32,000 nucleotides of DNA, taken from contig NC_003272.1 in NCBI RefSeq assembly GCF_000009705.1, positions 6,150,001-6,182,000 of the forward strand, in the 5' to 3' direction. The position numbers and the translations under genes were made by a program. Positions 26,622 through 32,000 of the stretch are shown here, in pieces. The stretch's first letter is position 1. The number at the start of each line of letters is the position of its first letter. The notes beneath the pieces are model-generated. The model had not been told where the DNA came from. It did no database searches and worked only from the letters and a program-made list of their open reading frames with translations. Source of the stretch: Nostoc sp. PCC 7120 = FACHB-418 (GTDB taxonomy: Bacteria > Cyanobacteriota > Cyanobacteriia > Cyanobacteriales > Nostocaceae).

Positions 26622-27284
26622 TTAATTTTTCCGTACTAAAGTTAATCCGTCGCCGATGGGAATTAAACTCAAGGTGATGCGCTGGTCTTGTAATAGCTTG
26701 TGGTTGAAGGCGCGGATTTTTTGGGTGCGATTATCTTGAATTTCAGGATCGGCAACTTTACCAGACCAGAGAACATTATCGATCGCTATCACACCTCCTG
26801 AACGAATTAATTGCAGCGATCGCTCATAATAATTGTCATAGTTGCTCTTATCTGCGTCAATAAAGGCAAAATCAAAGGTTTCGGCTTCACCTGCTACTAG
26901 TAGCTTATCTAATGTTTCCAAGGCTGGAGCGAGATAGAGGTCAATTTTGTGGTCTACTCCGGCTTTTTGCCAATAACGTTGAGCGATCGCGGTAAACTCT
27001 TCATTAATATCGCAGGCTACCAGTTTTCCTTCCGCAGGTAGAGCTAGTGCCACAATCAAGGAACTGTAGCCTGTAAATACCCCCACTTCTAGAGTTTTTT
27101 TTGCCCCCAGCAATTGTACTAATAACGCCATAAATTGTCCCTGTTCTGGGGCAATTTGCATTCTTCCCATAGGTTGCAAGGCTGTTTCTTGTCGTAGTTG
27201 AGCGAGTATTTCCGGTTCCCGCAAAGAAACAGATAGTAAATAATCATATAAATTTGGGGTGATTCCCAGAGTGCGAGTCGTCAT
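26622..27284 (-). CDS. Class I SAM-dependent O-methyltransferase (caffeoyl-CoA OMT-like, Methyltransf_3)
   Basis: MQIAPEQGQFMALLVQLLGAKKTLEVGVFTGYSSL, FAFIDADKSNY and GGVIAIDNVLWSG are characteristic of the family. Confidence 0.8.
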   Translation of the reverse strand: MTTRTLGITPNLYDYLLSVSLREPEILAQLRQETALQPMGRMQIAPEQGQFMALLVQLLGAKKTLEVGVFTGYSSLIVALALPAEGKLVACDINEEFTAIAQRYWQKAGVDHKIDLYLAPALETLDKLLVAGEAETFDFAFIDADKSNYDNYYERSLQLIRSGGVIAIDNVLWSGKVADPEIQDNRTQKIRAFNHKLLQDQRITLSLIPIGDGLTLVRKN

Positions 27285-27416
27285 AAGATTAATTTGTAAA
27301 TTTGCGATTAAATAGTAAATTTACGTAGCTAACGTAGAAGAGTCACTTTTCATTTACTTGAATATAAGATGAATATACTCAATAATAAAATATAGATATC
27401 TCTGGCAGGTACGCTT

Positions 27417-28118
27417 ATGACTGAGCTTTATGGGGCAACCGATCCCAGAGACATTCCCTCATACTCCATTAGCGATGCTGCTCGTTATTTACGCATTCCA
27501 GCAGGCACTATTCGTTCTTGGACAGTTGGGCGACACTACCCAATCTCAAACGGTTCTAACTTCTTTAGACCCCTGATACAAATTTGTAATCTTAAACCAC
27601 GACTACTTTCATTTACTAATTTAGTCGAAGTTCATGTTCTCAGGGCAATTCGCAAACATCACCAAATTGATTTAGGTAAGGTGCGAGATGCCCTTGATTT
27701 CATTGATGAGCAATTTCAAATCTCTCATCCCTTAGCGCGTGAGCGTTTCCTTACCGATGGAGTGGATCTGTTCATTGAGCGATATGGCTCTTTAATTAAT
27801 GCTTCTAAAAGCGTGAAAACGGAATTGAAAGACGCTTTTAATGCTCATCTGGAACGAATTGAACCCGACGACACTGGATTGGCAATTAAACTGTATCCCT
27901 TTACTCGTTCTCATGAGGAAGACAACCCTCGTTTCGTTGTTGTAGATCCTCGAATCGCCTTTGGTCGCCTTGTTATTGTTGGTACGGGAATTTCTACCCG
28001 CGTGTTAGCAGAACGTTACCAAGCAGGTGAATCGATTGACGAACTTGCTTATGATTATGATTGCGATCGCCTGATGATCGAAGAAGCTATTCGGTGTGAA
28101 CTACCTACTGCTGCATGA
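27417..28118 (+). CDS. DUF433 domain protein with an N-terminal HTH-like region (antitoxin-like partner of DUF5615)
   Basis: YSISDAARYLRIPAGTIRSW is HTH-like. The C-terminal DPRIAFGRLVIVGTGISTRVLAERYQAGESIDELAYDYDCDRLMIEEAI is a DUF433 domain. The stop overlaps the next gene's ATG (ATGA at 28115-28118). Confidence 0.75.
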   Translation: MTELYGATDPRDIPSYSISDAARYLRIPAGTIRSWTVGRHYPISNGSNFFRPLIQICNLKPRLLSFTNLVEVHVLRAIRKHHQIDLGKVRDALDFIDEQFQISHPLARERFLTDGVDLFIERYGSLINASKSVKTELKDAFNAHLERIEPDDTGLAIKLYPFTRSHEEDNPRFVVVDPRIAFGRLVIVGTGISTRVLAERYQAGESIDELAYDYDCDRLMIEEAIRCELPTAA

Positions 28119-28546
28119 CTCAGAGCCAATCCATTACCTTTTTTATTGATAGATGCTTAGGCAATAAGCGTATTGCATAAACACTCAAAGGCGCGGGGTT
28201 GACCATCGCAATCCATGATGAATACTTTGGTAAAGATGCTCAAGATGTGGAGTGGTTACCGGAAGTTGGGAAAAGGGGTTGGGTTGTTCTTACCAAAGAT
28301 GGGAAGATCAGTAATAACCGTTTAGAACGAATAGCCGTTGCACGCGCTCAAATCAAGATGTTTACCTTCGCCTCTCAGAGTTTATCAGGTGAAGAGATGG
28401 CTGGCATCTTACTACAAGCAATTGTCCCTATGAAAAGATTCGTTAGTAAACATCCTGCTCCATTCATTGCCAAAATATATCGTGATGGACACCTTGATAT
28501 GTGGAAGGATGCTCAAATGCTACTGGAAGAATTGCAAGAGTTCTGA
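28115..28546 (+). pseudogene. DUF5615 (PIN-like / Mut7-C-type) toxin-like gene with an in-frame TAA at codon 22
   Basis: ATG 28115 opens MTQSQSITFFIDRCLGNKRIA, then TAA (28178-28180), then the same frame continues TLKGAGLTIAIHDEYF...WVVLTKDGKI. The ORF track only reports the TTG-initiated remainder from 28199. Confidence 0.7.
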
Positions 28547-28804
28547 TAGCTGATGCTTCCAAGTTATAGGATTACTGCCCCTACTACAATATTTCTTAAC
28601 GAAGTCTGAGAAAACAATTTCTTGGTCTTTTTTCTCTCTCTAGGGTGAGAAAATCTGAGTTTTGTTTCCACCTCAAGACCGATAAATATTAAGTATATAG
28701 TAGTTAATTTTAAGGCAGATGAATAGGATAAATCCTTCATCGAAAGAGAGTTGTGTACTTGTTTTCCGTGGTCAGATTAATTGTGTCAGGTGTGAGGAGA
28801 AATT

Positions 28805-28870
28805 ATGTCAGTCACGTACATTGGCCAACAATTAGTACGTTTGGCTAACATCCGGGGTGAAAATGCGTAA
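28805..28870 (+). CDS. Candidate 21-codon small ORF (MSVTYIGQQLVRLANIRGENA)
   Basis: The ATG is preceded by GAGGAG 6-7 nt upstream and the ORF is followed immediately by hairpins. Coding status is unproven. Confidence 0.3.
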   Translation: MSVTYIGQQLVRLANIRGENA

Positions 28871-28897
28871 GCTTGCTATTTGCAAGTGGGAGCAAAA

Positions 28898-28945
28898 GCA
28901 CAATTAAACCTTGGGTTGATCTGTCGATCCAAGGTTTAATTGTGC
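28898..28945 (+). promoter_or_regulatory. Perfect 17-bp stem hairpin in the leader of the SDR gene
   Basis: GCACAATTAAACCTTGG (28898-28914) pairs perfectly with CCAAGGTTTAATTGTGC (28929-28945). A T6 run lies at 28961-28966 and the SDR ATG at 29003. Confidence 0.5.
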
Positions 28946-29002
28946 GGATGAAAAACTAAGTTTTTTATCGAGAAATTGTTTATCTATTACCAGGAGAAAT
29001 AT

Positions 29003-29860
29003 ATGGCAGAAAAGCAAACATTACAACCACCACAGCAACAGCAACCACCGGGTACAGAATCAAAAATGCAGCCAAAACCTCAAGCTGATGATGCTCAGTA
29101 TCGAGGTAGCGGTAAATTAAAAGATAAAGTTGCCTTGATTACTGGTGGGGATAGTGGGATTGGTCGGGCTGTGGCGATCGCCTATGCTAAAGAAGGTGCA
29201 GATGTAGCCTTTGTTTACCTGAGTGAACACGACGATGCGGAAGAAACCAAAAATTTGGTAGAAGAACAAGGAAGACGTGCTGTATCTATTGCCGGCGATA
29301 TAACTGATGAGGCTTTTTGTCAGCGTGCGATTCAACAAACAGTAGATGAGTTCGGTAAATTGGATATTCTCATCAATAATGCGGCTGAACAACATCCCCA
29401 AGAAAGCATTGAAGATATTACTAAAGAACAGTTAGAACGGACATTCCGCACGAATATTTTTTCAATGTTTTACTTGACCAAAGCAGCAATCAAACACCTG
29501 AAAAAAGGTAGCGCCATTATCAATACTACTTCAGTTACAGCTTATAAAGGTAGTCCACAGTTACTTGATTATTCTTCAACTAAAGGTGCAATTGTTGCCT
29601 TTACTCGTTCCTTATCACAAAACTTAATTAGTAAAGGTATCCGGGTTAATGCTGTGGCACCTGGGCCAATTTGGACACCTTTAATTCCCTCAACATTTCC
29701 CGCAGAAAAAGTAGAAACCTTTGGTAAACAAGTACCCATGCAACGAGCCGGACAACCAGAAGAAGTTGCACCTAGTTATGTGTTTCTAGCTTCTGATGAC
29801 TCATCTTATATGTCTGGTCAAGTTTTACATCCCAATGGTGGGGAAGTAGTTAATGGCTAA
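29003..29860 (+). CDS. SDR-family oxidoreductase (YhdF/YdaD general-stress-protein-39-like)
   Basis: The signatures are VALITGGDSGIGRAVA (TGxxxGIG), NNAA, Y-x3-K in YSSTKGA, and PGPIWTP. I chose ATG 29003, preceded by AGGAGA, over the ORF-track TTG at 28976. Confidence 0.85.
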   Translation: MAEKQTLQPPQQQQPPGTESKMQPKPQADDAQYRGSGKLKDKVALITGGDSGIGRAVAIAYAKEGADVAFVYLSEHDDAEETKNLVEEQGRRAVSIAGDITDEAFCQRAIQQTVDEFGKLDILINNAAEQHPQESIEDITKEQLERTFRTNIFSMFYLTKAAIKHLKKGSAIINTTSVTAYKGSPQLLDYSSTKGAIVAFTRSLSQNLISKGIRVNAVAPGPIWTPLIPSTFPAEKVETFGKQVPMQRAGQPEEVAPSYVFLASDDSSYMSGQVLHPNGGEVVNG

Positions 29861-29894
29861 ATAACAATTCAAAATTCAAAATCCAAAACAGTTA

Positions 29895-29919
29895 GAGATG
29901 GGGATTTAAACCCCATCTC
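29895..29919 (+). terminator. Hairpin downstream of the SDR gene
   Basis: GAGATGGGG-ATTTAAA-CCCCATCTC is a perfect 9-bp stem, but no T-tract follows. Confidence 0.4.
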
Positions 29920-30101
29920 AACTGATACTACTTGTAGACATAGGGGTCTTAAACCCTTGAATTGACGATAATGGGGGGAGTTCAGAATAGATGATATCTG
30001 ATTTATTCTGAATTTTCTTTGATGTCTGCCAACGGAGAGATGATTGCGTCCTCAGCAGTTGCTATATCTAGTAAGGAACATTTAAAGAAAAAAGATAGCT
30101 T

Positions 30102-30359
30102 ATGTCATCCCTAAAACCATTGCAAGGCACAGAATTAGTAGATTGTGCTAGAGCAAATGCCAAGCAGGGAATTGAAACTGCTGCTTACCAATGTGGCTAT
30201 GGTGATGATTTGAATAGATTTGCAGGAGAACTGAGAAAAGCGTGTGAGGAAATGAATTTGCAAGTTAAAGAATTGAATGAATTGATTACCGACCAAGATA
30301 TGATTCTTAACTTGGGAACTGGGGAAATTATTGCACCTGATACAGCGTCGGAATTGTAA
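30102..30359 (+). CDS. Hypothetical 85-aa protein
   Basis: ATG-initiated ORF in its own intergenic space. I recognise no motif. Confidence 0.4.
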   Translation: MSSLKPLQGTELVDCARANAKQGIETAAYQCGYGDDLNRFAGELRKACEEMNLQVKELNELITDQDMILNLGTGEIIAPDTASEL

Positions 30360-30370
30360 ATATCAATAAT

Positions 30371-31771
30371 TCACAATCTTAAAATTACTCTTGCCAAATT
30401 GAAGTAAATTAGAACTCCAAGTACGTCAACGGCTGTAGTAATAAAAGGTGCTGACATTAAAGCTGGGTCTAAACGTAGGTAGCGAAACAAAAATGGCAGT
30501 GCTGAACCAGATATAGAAGCCAGAACAGAGATAGCGATTAAACTAGCACCAACAGCGATCGCCACTTCTATCCTACCTTGGAGAAAGTAAGCCCATATAG
30601 TGGCGATACTACCTAACATACCTCCTAACAATGCACCGGCGATCGCTTCTCGTCCAATTACCTGCAATGGGCCGAGTGAGCGAATTTCGTCTGTATTCAT
30701 CCCGCGAATCACGACTGTGGAAGACTGAGCGCCTACGTTACCACCAGTACCAGTCAACAAGGGGATAAAAGCAGTAAGGGTGACTACTTTTGTCAAGATA
30801 TCTTCTTGGGACTTAATAATTGTGCCGGTGACGGTATTGGTGATTAAGAGAACAAATAACCATAAAACCCGCTTGCGAGCTACTTCCCATAAATCCATTT
30901 GAAAGTAATTGTCGCCACTGGACTGCACACCACCACCTAAAGCGTAGATATCTTTGGTGGTTTCCTCTTCCAGAATATCAATCACGTCATCAACAGTGAC
31001 AATCCCCACTAAAAGCTGTTGTCTATCTACCACCGGCACAGCCAGGAAATCATACCTTTGAATTAATCTGGCTACTTCTTCCTGGTGAGTATCTGTATTG
31101 ACAAAAATCACGTCACGGGTCATCACCTCACCAATCGTCTGTTCTGGCTGGGATGTCACCAACTCACGCAGTGAGACAATGCCGGTTAAGCGTCTGGCTT
31201 GATCTGTGACATAAAGATAGTAGATCATCTCACTAGCATTAGCGAGGCTGCGAATCCGTTCTAAAGCTTGCCCTATGGTCATATTTTCTTTCAGGGCAAT
31301 AAACTCTAGAGTCATGATGCGCCCGGCTGTATCAGCTTCATAACCCAACATTAGGGCTGTGGCTTGGCGTTCTGTCGGGCTGAGTTGTTCTAGCAGGTGA
31401 TTGACAACTTTGGCAGGCAATTCATCAAATAATCTAGCTCGGTCATCCGAAGACATTTGATCAACGATATCGCGGACTTCCTGGCTTTTCAGTTCTTCAA
31501 TTAATCTTTCTTGAACACTGTAATCAAGATATTCATAAACTTCAATGGCTTCATCTTTAGAAAGCAAGCGAAAAGCTAAAGCGTGCATTGTTTCGGGCAA
31601 ACCTTCAATCGCTTCGGCTATGTCCGCAGGCTGTACAGGTACAAGAATGGCTTTTGCTCCCTGTAAATCTCCTGCTTCCAATAGCATTCGCATCTGTGTC
31701 CGCACTAAGTCACGCAATTCCCTACGTGACACATCCTGAAGGGTAGAGTTTAAATTGTTCGTCTCTGTCAC
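30371..31771 (-). CDS. mgtE: Magnesium transporter MgtE
   Basis: It has the MgtE N-domain, tandem CBS domains (TGIVSLRELV, VGIVTVDDVIDIL) and a C-terminal TM domain with GTGGNVGAQSS. The start is GTG at 31771, which is not certain. Confidence 0.9.
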   Translation of the reverse strand: MTETNNLNSTLQDVSRRELRDLVRTQMRMLLEAGDLQGAKAILVPVQPADIAEAIEGLPETMHALAFRLLSKDEAIEVYEYLDYSVQERLIEELKSQEVRDIVDQMSSDDRARLFDELPAKVVNHLLEQLSPTERQATALMLGYEADTAGRIMTLEFIALKENMTIGQALERIRSLANASEMIYYLYVTDQARRLTGIVSLRELVTSQPEQTIGEVMTRDVIFVNTDTHQEEVARLIQRYDFLAVPVVDRQQLLVGIVTVDDVIDILEEETTKDIYALGGGVQSSGDNYFQMDLWEVARKRVLWLFVLLITNTVTGTIIKSQEDILTKVVTLTAFIPLLTGTGGNVGAQSSTVVIRGMNTDEIRSLGPLQVIGREAIAGALLGGMLGSIATIWAYFLQGRIEVAIAVGASLIAISVLASISGSALPFLFRYLRLDPALMSAPFITTAVDVLGVLIYFNLARVILRL

Positions 31772-31875
31772 TTTCCACTTTCCTCGACCAGTCTGAACAA
31801 GGTTGCTGCCCCTAGTCTAAGGGATAGCGGAAGGTGTAAGGTTAAACTTACCGTGATTTTTTCTGCTTTGATGTG

Positions 31876-31903
31876 TTGTCAGTTGTCAGTTGACAGTTGT
31901 CAG
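31876..31903. repeat. STRR array (TTGTCAG/TTGACAG x4) upstream of mgtE
   Basis: TTGTCAG TTGTCAG TTGACAG TTGTCAG, followed by T6. Confidence 0.8.
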
Positions 31904-31910
31904 TTTTTTC

Positions 31911-32000
31911 TTAAGAAAATTTGGTTAAAAATCCCAATAGTTTTTTTGTTCTTGGTGTGAGAAGGGTGCGGCGATAGGTATCTGCGGCTTTTTTGATGGC
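31911..32000 (-). CDS. 3' end of an unidentified minus-strand gene (only the last 29 codons are in the window)
   Basis: My translation of the minus strand gives AIKKAADTYRRTLLTPRTKKLLGFLTKFS, with the stop being the complement of 31911-31913. It is too short to identify. Confidence 0.3.
   Translation of the reverse strand, partial: AIKKAADTYRRTLLTPRTKKLLGFLTKFS

Noticed and set aside
25448-31739. Remaining shadow ORFs (25448..25642, 25933..26247, 29117..29401, 31545..31739)
   Set aside because: They are antisense or alternate-frame within the RHH-TOBE, modA, SDR and mgtE coding regions, with no supporting signals.
31772-31875. Possible Mg2+ (M-box) riboswitch in the mgtE leader
   Set aside because: I could not find the conserved M-box core sequences in the ~100-nt leader. 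Only a small hairpin (GTAAGG-TTAAA-CTTAC) is present.

Overview
This window looks like chromosomal DNA from a filamentous, Nostocales-type cyanobacterium. The evidence is an intact psaA-psaB photosystem I operon, at least 24 copies of the HIP1 octamer GCGATCGC (counted by eye), and heptameric STRR arrays in most intergenic spacers. Most of it is ordinary core genome: psaAB, a LysM/M23 peptidase, an HtrA protease, two DUF760 paralogues, scpB, ispD, a GT9 glycosyltransferase, a CRR6-like protein, modA, an O-methyltransferase, an SDR oxidoreductase and mgtE. A minus-strand signalling cluster at 18.5-23.9 kb holds a CheY-like regulator, a PAS-rich hybrid kinase and an OmpR/HPt/GGDEF fusion. The most interesting part is an AT-rich, HIP1-free islet at about 6.1-10.0 kb, directly after the psaB terminator. 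It contains a GmrSD-type (DUF262/DUF1524) restriction-like gene cleanly split by an intact IS5-family element. Next to it is a translationally coupled pair I do not recognise as a described system: a DUF433 fusion protein and a small cytoplasmic protein with a papain/CHAP-like Cys-His signature. Other points worth a second look: (1) an RHH-TOBE fusion divergent from an orphan modA, a candidate molybdate-sensing regulator; (2) a DUF433/DUF5615 toxin-antitoxin-like pair whose toxin has a single in-frame TAA; (3) a 24-nt in-frame tandem duplication inside the kinase ATPase domain; (4) a D-to-N pseudo-receiver in the kinase; (5) a vestigial receiver and a GGTEF motif in the GGDEF protein; (6) an ScpB C-terminal tail encoded by STRR heptamers; (7) a 21-codon ORF plus a perfect 17-bp hairpin ahead of the SDR gene. 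All family assignments come from motif recognition by eye. No database search was run.
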